A stretch of 64,000 nucleotides of DNA from Fidelibacterota bacterium (GCA_046861385.1 JBHHTW010000002.1:32001-96000); one strand, 5' to 3'. Positions 1 to 9,473 are shown, counted from the stretch's first letter. Notes: a model not told the origin generated them from the sequence alone. Program-made: numbers and translations.

Positions 1-34
1 AGAATTTATTTTCGAAATTTTGCACGTAATTCCC

Positions 35-63
35 TTGACTGATCATTTGTTTTCATATAACTT
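35..63 (+). promoter_or_regulatory. Putative sigma70-type promoter for mltD operon
   Basis: TTGACT (35-40), 17 nt spacer, TAACTT (58-63), 28 nt upstream of the ATG at 92. Confidence 0.5.
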
Positions 64-91
64 CGCCCTCCTTAATTTGCCCTAAAACCTT

Positions 92-1732
92 ATGATAAAA
101 GAAGTTACACGAATTTTACTGTTTATCGCCATTGCGATGAACTTGGTAATGAGTCAAAACTCCCTTGAAGGAGTGTCAAAATCTGATAATGGTCACGAAC
201 CTAGTGTCCAACATGACGGGATTTATTTAAATGGTAATGGGGTAGATGAAGCACGCAACCGTCTTCCCCAATTACTCCGTGATGTGAAAATGCTTCTCAC
301 GGAAGCGTTTATTGCGGACATTCATTTTGATACTCTTGAGGTTATTTATTACTTGGATAATATTTATGAATTATTGGGAGAGGCAGATCAATTGGGAGAA
401 AAAACGGAGGAAGACCAGGAAGAATTCGATCGATTTGTAGCTTCCTTAAATGTTATCTATGCTACAAGGCTCCATACATTGGAATTGACGGAAGCCCCCA
501 TTTCTGCTGCCTATGCCAAACAAATGCTTGAAGAAGTTACCATCCCGGTTGAAATGGAGATGGGCAATAGTAAATTTACTGTGGTGGACGATCGTGATGG
601 GCATATCCCGCTGGTGCGGAATAAAGCAGTGGATCAATATATTCGGTATTTCCAAACGAAAGGTAAAAAACAGTTTCAAACCTGGTTGGAACGATTGCCG
701 GAATACGGGGAATTAATAAAAAATATTTTAAGCGAAAATGAGTTACCGGAAGAAATAGTTTATCTCGCTATGATTGAGTCCGGACTCAATCCAAAAGCCT
801 ATTCAAAAGCCAGCGCTACTGGCATGTGGCAATTTGTCTACGCCACTGGGAAAAAATATGGATTGAAGCGGGATTGGTATGTGGATGAACGACGGGATCC
901 GATCAAGTCCACCTACGCTGCCTGCGCTTATTTAAAAGATTTATATAATGAATTCGATCATTGGTACCTTGCCTTGGCATCATATAATTCAGGACCGGGA
1001 AGGGTTCGCAGAGCCATCCGCCTTCATCAGACATCGGATTTTTGGCAGCTTCATTCTCTTCCGAAAGAAACCCGGAATTATATACCATATTATATGGCTG
1101 CAGCTATTATTGCCAGCAACCCGGAAGAATATGGTTTTGATCTGTCCGGGCATAAAACAAAACATCCATTTGAATTTGATTTGATAGAATTGGAAAAAAG
1201 TGCTGATCTGTCTGTCCTTGCCCGTGCGACAGGCGTTAATCTGAAAACGTTAAAAAATTATAACCCCGAATTACGCCAGTCCGCTACACCCAATAATGGT
1301 CCTTATCTTTTACGTATTCCTAAGGGAATGGCTGATCAGTTTGCTGCCAATTTTAACGCACTTCCCGAAGACCAAAGGTTCGCGCCGCAATATATTGTTC
1401 ATAAAGTGCGCCGGGGAGAAAGTTTATGGACCATATCCAAAAAATACAAAGTATCCATTCATGATTTGGCTGCTGTGAATAAAATTCGAAACCGGCATCG
1501 AATTAAGATTGGACAAAAATTGACCATACCAGTTCGCGGTGTTTATGCAACGCACAATGGTCCACCGGGACATATTAAAGTTGTATATACTGTTAGAAGG
1601 GGAGATACACTGGGTCATATCGCACAAAATTACGGGACGCGAGCTGCAAAAATTCGTCGCTGGAATCATTTAACCTACGGTCAATATATTTATCCCGGTC
1701 AAAAACTTGTTTTATGGGTGAAGCAAGGATAA
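92..1732 (+). CDS. mltD: Lytic murein transglycosylase with SLT domain and LysM repeats (MltD-like)
   Basis: Signal peptide; SLT motifs AMIESG, ATGMWQF, LASYNSG, ETRNY; C-terminal LysM repeats (HKVRRGESLWTIS, YTVRRGDTLGHIA). Confidence 0.9.
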   Translation: MIKEVTRILLFIAIAMNLVMSQNSLEGVSKSDNGHEPSVQHDGIYLNGNGVDEARNRLPQLLRDVKMLLTEAFIADIHFDTLEVIYYLDNIYELLGEADQLGEKTEEDQEEFDRFVASLNVIYATRLHTLELTEAPISAAYAKQMLEEVTIPVEMEMGNSKFTVVDDRDGHIPLVRNKAVDQYIRYFQTKGKKQFQTWLERLPEYGELIKNILSENELPEEIVYLAMIESGLNPKAYSKASATGMWQFVYATGKKYGLKRDWYVDERRDPIKSTYAACAYLKDLYNEFDHWYLALASYNSGPGRVRRAIRLHQTSDFWQLHSLPKETRNYIPYYMAAAIIASNPEEYGFDLSGHKTKHPFEFDLIELEKSADLSVLARATGVNLKTLKNYNPELRQSATPNNGPYLLRIPKGMADQFAANFNALPEDQRFAPQYIVHKVRRGESLWTISKKYKVSIHDLAAVNKIRNRHRIKIGQKLTIPVRGVYATHNGPPGHIKVVYTVRRGDTLGHIAQNYGTRAAKIRRWNHLTYGQYIYPGQKLVLWVKQG

Positions 1733-1759
1733 CAAATTAATAATTTTCGGAGATTAACC

Positions 1760-2050
1760 ATGACTAAACAAGATATTATCGATCAAGTATCCAGTGCCAC
1801 CGGGCTTACAAAAGTTGAAACGGAAATAGTCATGAACGGTATTATGACATCCATCATTGAGTCCTTGGCTAGAAACGAACGAGTGGAATTACGGGGTTTT
1901 GGAACGTTTGGTGTTAAGCACCGCAAACCGAAAAAAGCACGTAATCCCGGAACCGGCGAACCTATATTTTTACCCGAACGGAATGCGCCTACGTTTAAAC
2001 CAGCAAAGTATATGCGGGAACGTGTAAATGAATCATTAACCAGTAATTGA
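1760..2050 (+). CDS. hup: HU/IHF family histone-like DNA-binding protein
   Basis: MTKQDII start, VELRGFGTF, ARNPGTGE, PTFKP motifs. Confidence 0.9.
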   Translation: MTKQDIIDQVSSATGLTKVETEIVMNGIMTSIIESLARNERVELRGFGTFGVKHRKPKKARNPGTGEPIFLPERNAPTFKPAKYMRERVNESLTSN

Positions 2051-2059
2051 AAGTAAAAA

Positions 2060-2155
2060 ATGCCCTGCGGAAAAAAGCGAAAAAAGCGGAAGATAAACAC
2101 GCATAAGCGCAAAAAGCGCCTGCGTGCAAATCGTCATAAGAAAAAGAAAAGTTAA
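2060..2155 (+). CDS. Small basic ribosomal protein bS22 (mS38/AURKAIP1/COX24-like), 31 aa, absent from the ORF track
   Basis: Manual translation MPCGKKRKKRKINTHKRKKRLRANRHKKKKS; fits the Bacteroidia-type bS22 pattern MPxGKKRKxxKxxTHKRKKRxRxNRHKKK; fills the gap between HU and the next gene. Confidence 0.8.
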   Translation: MPCGKKRKKRKINTHKRKKRLRANRHKKKKS

Positions 2156-2169
2156 TTAAAGGACAGCCT

Positions 2170-3033
2170 ATGAGGCTTTTCAAAAGAACCTTCTTTTGGA
2201 TTTTACCCCTGGTTCTGATCAATGTTATCTTTGGCTGGGGGTATGATGTCCATAAACGAATCAATTATAAAGCAGCCCAGATATTGGAGGGACCGTTGGG
2301 TGAATTCACTCAACGACATGCCGATATTTTGGCCATATATGGTCCGGTTCCAGATTATATTAAAAGTGCCCATTCAGATGAATTTTATCGCCATTTTATT
2401 GATGCAGATCTCTACGGTGATTATCCCTTCACTGAATTAATTATTGATTATAAAACATTGGTGGATAAATATGGTGAAGATAATATTAAAAAGTGGGGAT
2501 CAGCTCCCTGGACCATTGAAGAAACGACTGATATTCTTATTAAAATGTTTAAGCAGGAACGGTGGGATGAAGTGGTATTTTATATGGGATATCTCGGACA
2601 TTATGTCGCAGACCTGCATATGCCTTTCCATACCTGCGCCAATTACAACGGACAGTTTACGGGAAACGACGGGGTACACTTCCGTTGGGAGAGCCGCATG
2701 GTGGATAAACTGATTCCCCAATTCGAAGGGAAAGGGGATATTATAGTCATTGATCATTTTGTCGAAACAGCTTTAGCCATTACGAAAGAGTCCTTTTCGG
2801 TGTATCCTCAAATATTAAGTGCAGATTCTAAGGCCAGACGACATCTGACCGAAGAACAGAAAAAAGAATTAAACACGTATAAATTCCTTTCTTTCGAGGA
2901 TCAATATTTAACCATTCTGTTTGAGGAAACAGGAGATTTAGCCCAAGATCGTCTGGGCAGAGCTGCGACCTTGACAGCATCATTCTGGTTCACATGCTGG
3001 AAATTAGCAGGATCACCATTATTACCTAAATGA
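2170..3033 (+). CDS. Secreted S1/P1 nuclease / zinc-dependent phospholipase C family protein
   Basis: Signal peptide ending ..IFG followed by mature WGYDVH (Trp1/His6 Zn ligands); HFID, GHYVADLHMPFH and GVHFRWE motifs. Confidence 0.75.
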   Translation: MRLFKRTFFWILPLVLINVIFGWGYDVHKRINYKAAQILEGPLGEFTQRHADILAIYGPVPDYIKSAHSDEFYRHFIDADLYGDYPFTELIIDYKTLVDKYGEDNIKKWGSAPWTIEETTDILIKMFKQERWDEVVFYMGYLGHYVADLHMPFHTCANYNGQFTGNDGVHFRWESRMVDKLIPQFEGKGDIIVIDHFVETALAITKESFSVYPQILSADSKARRHLTEEQKKELNTYKFLSFEDQYLTILFEETGDLAQDRLGRAATLTASFWFTCWKLAGSPLLPK

Positions 3034-4250
3034 TAGAAAATACCCACGCACTTTCTGTCAGTGAATTAACCAAGGAAATAAAATCCTTGTTGGAAGGTGC
3101 CTTCCCGGAAATCTGGGTGGAAGGAGAAATTTCTAATTTTATCCATCATTCCTCCGGGCATATGTATTTTACATTAAAGGACAGGGAATCAGAAATCCGT
3201 ACTGTTATGTTCAAAGGGAATAATCAATATTTGCATTTTAAACCAGAAAATGGAATGAAGGTATTACTATTCGGTCGACTTTCTGTCTATGTTCCCCGGG
3301 GGCAATATCAGCTGGTAGCAAGTCGGATGGAACCCGCCGGTATCGGAACCTTATTTCTTGCTTTTGAAGCACTGAAAAAGCAATTATCCGATGAAGGCCT
3401 TTTTAACGAAGAATTCAAAAAACCACTTCCGGTTATTCCAAAACGAATCGGGTTAATCACGTCTAAAACGGGTGCCGCAGTTCAAGATATGTTTAATGTG
3501 CTCAAACGCAGGGCGCAATATGTGGAACTGGTATTACGTTCCACACTGGTTCAAGGCGATGATGCCGCAGACGATATTGTTTCTGCCATAAGGGAGATGG
3601 ATCAACATGGACATGTGGATGTGATTATATTGGGGCGGGGCGGCGGCTCTCTGGAAGACCTCTGGCCCTTTAATGAAGAATCCGTGGCCCGAGCTATTTT
3701 TTCATGTAAAACACCCATCATTTCTGCTGTAGGACATGAAACAGACATATCCATATCCGACATGGTGTCTGATATGCGAGCACCCACACCGTCTGCTGCT
3801 GCGGAAATTGTAGCGCCGAGTTTTGATGAACTATTTAATCGCATTCAAACATTCGAAGATACAATGTCTAAACACATTTCCTTTATTCTGGAAAACTATT
3901 ATCAAAAAATAGATTCTCTCTACGATAGATTCACCCAACGGAAACCGGATGTTATGATTAACAGAATGCGTGTGCTTAATCAGCATTTAAATGTGGAAAT
4001 GAAGCAATTAATTCAATTGAAGTATCAAGAGGATAAAAGCCGATTTGATCAATTATTTGGTGAATTATCCATATTAAATCCAAAAAGTATTCTCGATAGG
4101 GGTTATGCCATTGCTACGGATAAAAAAGGTTCCATTATCCTGGATCCTCGTGAAATTTCCGTTGGTGAGTCCTTTCGTGTACAGGTATCAAAAGGAATCC
4201 TGAATGCGAAAAAAGAAAAGAATTCTGAAACCATGAAAGAGGTATCGTAA
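3030..4250 (+). CDS. xseA: Exodeoxyribonuclease VII large subunit
   Basis: WVEGEISNF, SGHMYFTLKD, GRGGGSLEDLWPFN, SAVGHETD, APTPSAAAE. Confidence 0.95.
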   Translation: MIENTHALSVSELTKEIKSLLEGAFPEIWVEGEISNFIHHSSGHMYFTLKDRESEIRTVMFKGNNQYLHFKPENGMKVLLFGRLSVYVPRGQYQLVASRMEPAGIGTLFLAFEALKKQLSDEGLFNEEFKKPLPVIPKRIGLITSKTGAAVQDMFNVLKRRAQYVELVLRSTLVQGDDAADDIVSAIREMDQHGHVDVIILGRGGGSLEDLWPFNEESVARAIFSCKTPIISAVGHETDISISDMVSDMRAPTPSAAAEIVAPSFDELFNRIQTFEDTMSKHISFILENYYQKIDSLYDRFTQRKPDVMINRMRVLNQHLNVEMKQLIQLKYQEDKSRFDQLFGELSILNPKSILDRGYAIATDKKGSIILDPREISVGESFRVQVSKGILNAKKEKNSETMKEVS

Positions 4251-4258
4251 ATTTGCAT

Positions 4259-4459
4259 ATGAACAAAGAAACGTCTTTTGAAGAATTATTTCAGCGGCTG
4301 GAAGAGATTGTTCAGGAAATGGAAGGGGAAGAACTGCAACTGGAAAAAAGTTTGACGCTTTTTGAGGAAGGCGTCAAGCTCTCGGATACACTTCGACATC
4401 AACTGTCCAAAGCAGAACAGAAAATTACAGAACTCTCAGGTAAATTAGAGAAAGACTAA
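4259..4459 (+). CDS. xseB: Exodeoxyribonuclease VII small subunit
   Basis: SFEELFQRLEEIVQEME..LEKSLTLFEEGVKL; directly after xseA; ATG 4259 preferred over TTG 4253. Confidence 0.9.
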   Translation: MNKETSFEELFQRLEEIVQEMEGEELQLEKSLTLFEEGVKLSDTLRHQLSKAEQKITELSGKLEKD

Positions 4460-4462
4460 TCT

Positions 4463-5353
4463 ATGTCTGATTTACCCATAAAACAGATTGGTATTTGGGG
4501 TAACACTGATAAGCCAGCATTCTGGGAACTATTACCGCAAATTTCCGACTGGGCATCCAAACATAATATTCATCTGCATTTAACCACCCGTATACTGAGT
4601 GATACACAAACAAAGTTTGATTTTGATTATGCCCTGATTGAGTCTGCTGACGATTTTAATAAGCTGGATTTGTTATTGGCATTGGGCGGTGATGGAACCA
4701 TTTTATCTGGCGCAAGAGCCGTCGGTAATCGAGAAATACCTATTCTGGGGATTCATTTAGGGAAACTTGGTTTCCTTGCGGAAGTTACGGTCCGAGATAT
4801 GTTTGTTAGACTGAATCAAATGGTCAAAGGAGATTTTGAACTTTTAGATCGGATGGTATTGAAATGTACCGTATTTAATGGTGGAGAGCCTCTTGAATTT
4901 TTCGCTTTAAATGATATCGCCATCGATCGGGGCTCATCTCATCGCCTTATTAATTCAACATTGTATTCTAACGGAAACCGTGTAGCCCGTTATACCGCTG
5001 ATGGGTTGATCATCTCCACACCTACCGGTTCCACTGCTTATTCCTTATCTGCTGGTGGCCCCATCGTGATGCCGAATCTGGATGCCATGGTCGTGACCCC
5101 TATTTCACCCCATACGTTAACGCTCAGACCCATCGTTATGCCTGATGACAGTAAATTAGAGCTTACCTTTCCCGATAACCCGACCGGTGGAATCGCCCTG
5201 GCCGTGGATGGCCAAGTCCAGGAAACACTGGATTTGGATGCTGTGGTGAACATTACAAAAGCGGATTATAAAACAAAAATGATTACCTTTTCCGATTCAA
5301 ATTATTTCGACGTCCTGAGTAAAAAAATGGGCTGGGGGAGACGAGGGGAGTGA
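4463..5353 (+). CDS. nadK: NAD(+) kinase
   Basis: GGDGT, GKLGFL, ALND, TPTGSTAYSLSAGGP motifs. Confidence 0.95.
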   Translation: MSDLPIKQIGIWGNTDKPAFWELLPQISDWASKHNIHLHLTTRILSDTQTKFDFDYALIESADDFNKLDLLLALGGDGTILSGARAVGNREIPILGIHLGKLGFLAEVTVRDMFVRLNQMVKGDFELLDRMVLKCTVFNGGEPLEFFALNDIAIDRGSSHRLINSTLYSNGNRVARYTADGLIISTPTGSTAYSLSAGGPIVMPNLDAMVVTPISPHTLTLRPIVMPDDSKLELTFPDNPTGGIALAVDGQVQETLDLDAVVNITKADYKTKMITFSDSNYFDVLSKKMGWGRRGE

Positions 5354-5359
5354 TATTAA

Positions 5360-5429
5360 ATGGAAGATGGGAGATGGAAAATGGAACATGGAAAATGGTG
5401 ATTGGTTACTAGTAGCTAGTGAGCAGTGA
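5360..5429. repeat. Degenerate 7-bp tandem repeat array (10 units)
   Basis: ATGGAAG ATGGGAG ATGGAAA ATGGAAC ATGGAAA ATGGTGA TTGGTTA CTAGTAG CTAGTGA GCAGTGA, between convergent genes. Confidence 0.7.
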
Positions 5430-5468
5430 TGGGTTCGCTGTGGAGCGGTAAATTGTGTTTAGGAAATT

Positions 5469-5789
5469 TTAACGGTAATCTTCTCTAGTAGGATAAAACA
5501 CATCAATAACCCTGCAGCCAGTGATGGCTTTACCTGAATGAGTAGCATTGGATGGAATCACAACCACCGAATTTGGTTTTAGAATATTGCTTTCTCCATC
5601 GACAATCAATTCAAGCTCCCCCTCAATCATGTTCGTAACCTGTTCATGTGGGTGAGAATGTTCCGGTAAAGATGATCCTGCTTTGATATCCCAATGCGTT
5701 AATGTCATGTGTTCAGAATGAACCACTTTTACGCGGAATCCCGGGAGAATTTCTTCTGCATCTATTGTGTTTAAATCTACTTTTAACAT
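5469..5789 (-). CDS. Cupin domain protein
   Basis: LPEHSHPHEQ and IPSNATHSG cupin motifs; DVFYPTREDY C-terminus. Confidence 0.85.
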   Translation of the reverse strand: MLKVDLNTIDAEEILPGFRVKVVHSEHMTLTHWDIKAGSSLPEHSHPHEQVTNMIEGELELIVDGESNILKPNSVVVIPSNATHSGKAITGCRVIDVFYPTREDYR

Positions 5790-5830
5790 AATGATATCTG
5801 ATCGTTGATTAAATTCGAATAAATAGCGAA

Positions 5831-6259
5831 TTACTTTTTTGTTGATTCACTTTCAATTGGCCAAAAGTTATTCAGTTCTTTTTCTGTAAATGAGGGAGAA
5901 GCAGTACTGAAATATTTCAAGGTTGATTCACCAATATTTTCTAAACCATGTGGTTCATCCGATGGAATAAAAATACAATCTTCACAACTGACAATTTGGT
6001 GTTCATTCCCGACTGTCATTTCACCCATACCATCAATAATAAAGTATACTTGTTCGGGTTCGTGTTTATGAACTCGCTGCTTACCGCCAGGTTCAATCTC
6101 GACTAATGTGGTGGTTAAATTGTTTGAATTGCACGTAATAGGCGAAGCAAGTAAATATGACTTAATTCCCTCTTTCCTGATATATCGCGGAGCGTTTTTC
6201 TTTTTTAATATTTCCATCATATTTCTCGAACTTGATTCATTCCTATTAAAAGCGACCAT
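5831..6259 (-). CDS. Cupin domain protein (start may be 6220 or 6217)
   Basis: HKHEPEQVYFIIDGMG and IPSDEPHGLEN cupin motifs. Confidence 0.8.
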   Translation of the reverse strand: MVAFNRNESSSRNMMEILKKKNAPRYIRKEGIKSYLLASPITCNSNNLTTTLVEIEPGGKQRVHKHEPEQVYFIIDGMGEMTVGNEHQIVSCEDCIFIPSDEPHGLENIGESTLKYFSTASPSFTEKELNNFWPIESESTKK

Positions 6260-6270
6260 GCGATATTTTT

Positions 6271-6477
6271 CTAAATTCTAACATAATATGGTATCGCCAC
6301 TAAAATAACGCCGGTAATGACAAGCAAGTATATATTCGAAATAAAATAGGGAAGTACAAATAAAGCGATTCCGACGATTAACGGAACTGTTGCCTTTTGC
6401 TTTTTACCATACGTAAAAAATCCAACGCCGATTATGCCGAATATTGCTCCCCAAATAAATAGTGATGTGCCTTCCAT
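6271..6477 (-). CDS. Small membrane protein of unknown function
   Basis: 68 aa, mostly hydrophobic, GxxxFxYGKKQ and PYF motifs; co-directional with neighbours. Confidence 0.65.
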   Translation of the reverse strand: MEGTSLFIWGAIFGIIGVGFFTYGKKQKATVPLIVGIALFVLPYFISNIYLLVITGVILVAIPYYVRI

Positions 6478-6553
6478 ATTAGAACTTAACGCTTTTCATT
6501 TCTTTTAGATACATGAAAAATAAACTCACTAGTTTGTCGGTTAGTTTATGTAA

Positions 6554-6999
6554 TTAGGCGTTTTTACGATCTTCAACTTTAATTTCCTTTACGATACGTC
6601 CCCATCCGCCGCATTCCAATCCCAAGTCAAAACATCCAGCCCTCTTGAATCTCATTTCATTGGGATCAACTCCTGCATAAAGCAGCTCATTTGCTGTGAA
6701 AATTTGAGTGGATATTGCATTCAGAGCATAGACACATATTTTTTTGGGGCATCGTTTTGTTAACAAGTTTCCTGCTCCATCAAAAAAAACTTATCGCCAG
6801 CTTTGTGCTCACTGTTACACCCATGGGAATCAACCACCTCCGCAATGATTGTTTTATCGAATAATTCCGGCGCTTTAGAGAGGATATCCTCATTTCGTGG
6901 ATTATCCTTGAATTTTTTCATCTCCTCAACCGTATAACCGAGCCGTTTTTTCATTAATTTCCACTTCATTGTGTTCCAGGCCAAATCTTTTAATCCCAT
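6554..6999 (-). pseudogene. Cys/His-rich protein split by a 1-nt frameshift in a T8 run (pseudogene, slippage site or sequence error)
   Basis: ORFs 6760-6999 and 6554-6766 fuse into ..HGCNSEHKAGDKFFFDGAGNLLTKRCPKKIC.. if one T is added to the run at 6782-6789; AAGGAGA SD upstream of 6999. Confidence 0.7.
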
Positions 7000-7023
7000 T
7001 TTCTTATCTCCCTTTTCAAATAA

Positions 7024-7932
7024 TTAATAATGATATCTTTTTTTAAAGGATTTCCACGATGTGGATTTTCGTTCCATATGTTGATAAAATTTCAAAGGAT
7101 TATAAAATCTATTTTTAATTTTATTTATTGTATTTAGATCCGGCGTAAAAGGAATGGTGGGTCTCTCCGGAATATCCATTTTCAATTGTTTTTCAAACGG
7201 TGTTTCTAATATTTTTAAATTGTATGCCTTGTGCATCAAATACTCAAGATTAACCACATCTTCAATATTGTAGGCTATTAATGTATCTAAGGCTTTTTGG
7301 TTTTTGTTTTGAACGAATTCTTCCCAAAGATAAATCGCAAAGAAACCATCCACGCCTTCAAGATCATTTCTTGAAATACCGAATTGTTTTTCACAACCTT
7401 TTAAACCACCGGAATAACCCAAACTATGTAAAACGTATCTCAAATCAATATGGGCATGATGGAGGGATATATTAAAAAACTTTTCGATAAATGGAATGTC
7501 AAAACACTTTCCATTATACGTTACCAGAAGGTTGTATTGAAAAATATCGTTTACAAAGTCATCGAGATTATCTCCATTAACGTAGTACTTTATTTCTGAA
7601 CCATCATAAAGCGCTATGGTAGTAATGATGGCTGACGATTCATATAAACCTGTCGTTTCAATGTCCAGATAAGCGGTGGTTGATTTAAAATTATTAAAAA
7701 GCCGCCAATGTTGGCTTGCCATTAAACCGGTTGAAAAATAATTCGGATTATTAGACTTTAAATGTTTTTCTGATTTAATGATTTCTTTCTTGAGATAATC
7801 ATGTTTTTTATGGGAAAGTGGAACGTTTTTTGCATTTTTTAAGGATGACCAGTCATAAATGTTTGATGACCATATTTGAGTCTCTGTTTTTGAACCAATT
7901 CCTTTTATGTGACTAAAGGATTGTTCTAACAT
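7024..7932 (-). CDS. RNase H-like (DEDD) exonuclease, YprB/RNase_H_2 type
   Basis: N-terminal HhH-like IKGIGSKT; AYLDIETTGL, TYNGKCFD, HIDLR, YNIEDV. Confidence 0.8.
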   Translation of the reverse strand: MLEQSFSHIKGIGSKTETQIWSSNIYDWSSLKNAKNVPLSHKKHDYLKKEIIKSEKHLKSNNPNYFSTGLMASQHWRLFNNFKSTTAYLDIETTGLYESSAIITTIALYDGSEIKYYVNGDNLDDFVNDIFQYNLLVTYNGKCFDIPFIEKFFNISLHHAHIDLRYVLHSLGYSGGLKGCEKQFGISRNDLEGVDGFFAIYLWEEFVQNKNQKALDTLIAYNIEDVVNLEYLMHKAYNLKILETPFEKQLKMDIPERPTIPFTPDLNTINKIKNRFYNPLKFYQHMERKSTSWKSFKKRYHY

Positions 7933-7964
7933 TATCAAATTCCCAAAAGATTAATAATGGCGCT

Positions 7965-8384
7965 CTATTGTTTTTGGTCAGAGAACTCATTTATTTGCCT
8001 ATGCTGTCTCAACATGCAGTTATTCATCACCACAAGTAAACCGGCGTCTTCTGCTAATTGAGCTGCATCCTCATTGATAACACCATCCTGAAGCCAAATC
8101 GCTTTGGCGCCAATTTCAATAGCAGCTTCCGCTATGGGACCCACATGTTCCGGTCGGCGGAAAACATCCACCACATCCACCGGTTTGGGGATGTCTTTCA
8201 ATGAAGGATAACATATTTCTCCGGCAATTTCTGTTTGCCCGGGATTAACCGGAATGATTTCATAACCCTGCTCCCGAAGATAAATAGCCACATAATGGCT
8301 GGGTCGTTCCGGTTTTGGGGACATGCCAACCACAGCAATGGTTTTCATTTTATATATTTTTTCAATGGTTTCTATCTCGTTCAT
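7965..8384 (-). CDS. CoA-binding protein (YccU-like)
   Basis: IAVVGMSPKPERPS, IIPVNP, VDVVDVFR, IWLQDG. Confidence 0.9.
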   Translation of the reverse strand: MNEIETIEKIYKMKTIAVVGMSPKPERPSHYVAIYLREQGYEIIPVNPGQTEIAGEICYPSLKDIPKPVDVVDVFRRPEHVGPIAEAAIEIGAKAIWLQDGVINEDAAQLAEDAGLLVVMNNCMLRQHRQINEFSDQKQ

Positions 8385-8402
8385 AATACTTTGATAAATA
8401 CT

Positions 8403-9305
8403 TTATTTCTTTTTGAACATATTTTTCATGACATATGTAATAATTTTCGGATTTTCTTTCAAACGCCGAATGGAATAGTCAAACCAATCCTTACCGAAGG
8501 GAACATATATTCTGACTTTAAATCCTTTTTTTAATAGTGCCTCTAATTTTCCACTCATGGGGACGCCGTATAACACCTGGAATTCAAAACGATCATTACT
8601 GATTTGGTTTTTATCAATCCAATTTTCAATTTCATCAATGATAAAAATATCATGGGTAGCGATGGCAGGATATCCTCCGCCTTCAAAAACGTGTTTCACC
8701 AAATCCACAAATTGATTTTGAATTGTTTGGCTATCATGAAATGCGATGTCCTCAGATTCCCGGTAAATTCCTTTACAAATACGGATGTTCAGTTTTTCAT
8801 CGTTTAATCGGGAAATATCATCTGGTGAACGATGGAGATAGGCCTGGACAACCGGACCCACGTTTTCAAACTGAAGTTTTGCTTCCAAGTATAATTTGAT
8901 GGATGCATCTGTATAGGGTGAATCCTCCATGTCAATGCGGACAAAACTGCCAATTGTTTCAGCTGACTCCAGTAAACGAAACAGGTTGTCCCGTACAATA
9001 TCGTAACCCACATCAAGGCCAATATGGGTCGGTTTAATGGAAATATGACAATTAAGATTATGATCCTTTACTGCTTGGAGTAAATCAATATATGAATTGG
9101 TAACAACGTCAGCCTCATGGCGTGTTTTAACATGCTCACCCAATATATCGCTTGTAACGGCAAAGCCTTTTTCATTCAGTGCTTTGATGTGCTGAATCGC
9201 TTCAACAATGGTTTCTCCCGCTACGTAAGGCTTTGCAAATGGTTTACTCATCCAGCGGGGGAATAGGGGAAGGATAGCCGAAAGTGCAGAATTAATGAGA
9301 TTCAT
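8403..9305 (-). CDS. Monofunctional proline dehydrogenase
   Basis: YVAGET, DILGE, SIKPT, RIDMED, RICKGIY, IATHD, EFQVLYG, YVPFG..RRLKE. Confidence 0.9.
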   Translation of the reverse strand: MNLINSALSAILPLFPRWMSKPFAKPYVAGETIVEAIQHIKALNEKGFAVTSDILGEHVKTRHEADVVTNSYIDLLQAVKDHNLNCHISIKPTHIGLDVGYDIVRDNLFRLLESAETIGSFVRIDMEDSPYTDASIKLYLEAKLQFENVGPVVQAYLHRSPDDISRLNDEKLNIRICKGIYRESEDIAFHDSQTIQNQFVDLVKHVFEGGGYPAIATHDIFIIDEIENWIDKNQISNDRFEFQVLYGVPMSGKLEALLKKGFKVRIYVPFGKDWFDYSIRRLKENPKIITYVMKNMFKKK

Positions 9306-9473
9306 AGATATTAAAATTTAGGTGAAGTTATCATGGCTCAACAATGGGAAAAAATACCTGATTTTAATCAAATGTTTTATAAAAGCTTGAGTTTAAACGA
9401 AATTTTCCTTCTCCTTGGCGATCCACTTAAACATCCTCATTCTTTTTAAACCCGGAGGTTTTAGGATATATAA

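Noticed and set aside
7024-7932. Exonuclease as part of an anti-phage defence system
   Set aside because: No partner helicase, ATPase or other defence gene nearby.
9358-9371. CTGAT-TTTA-ATCAA resembling an FNR box
   Set aside because: 9/10 match in very AT-rich DNA, position fits no standard activation spacing, and no regulator evidence in the window.
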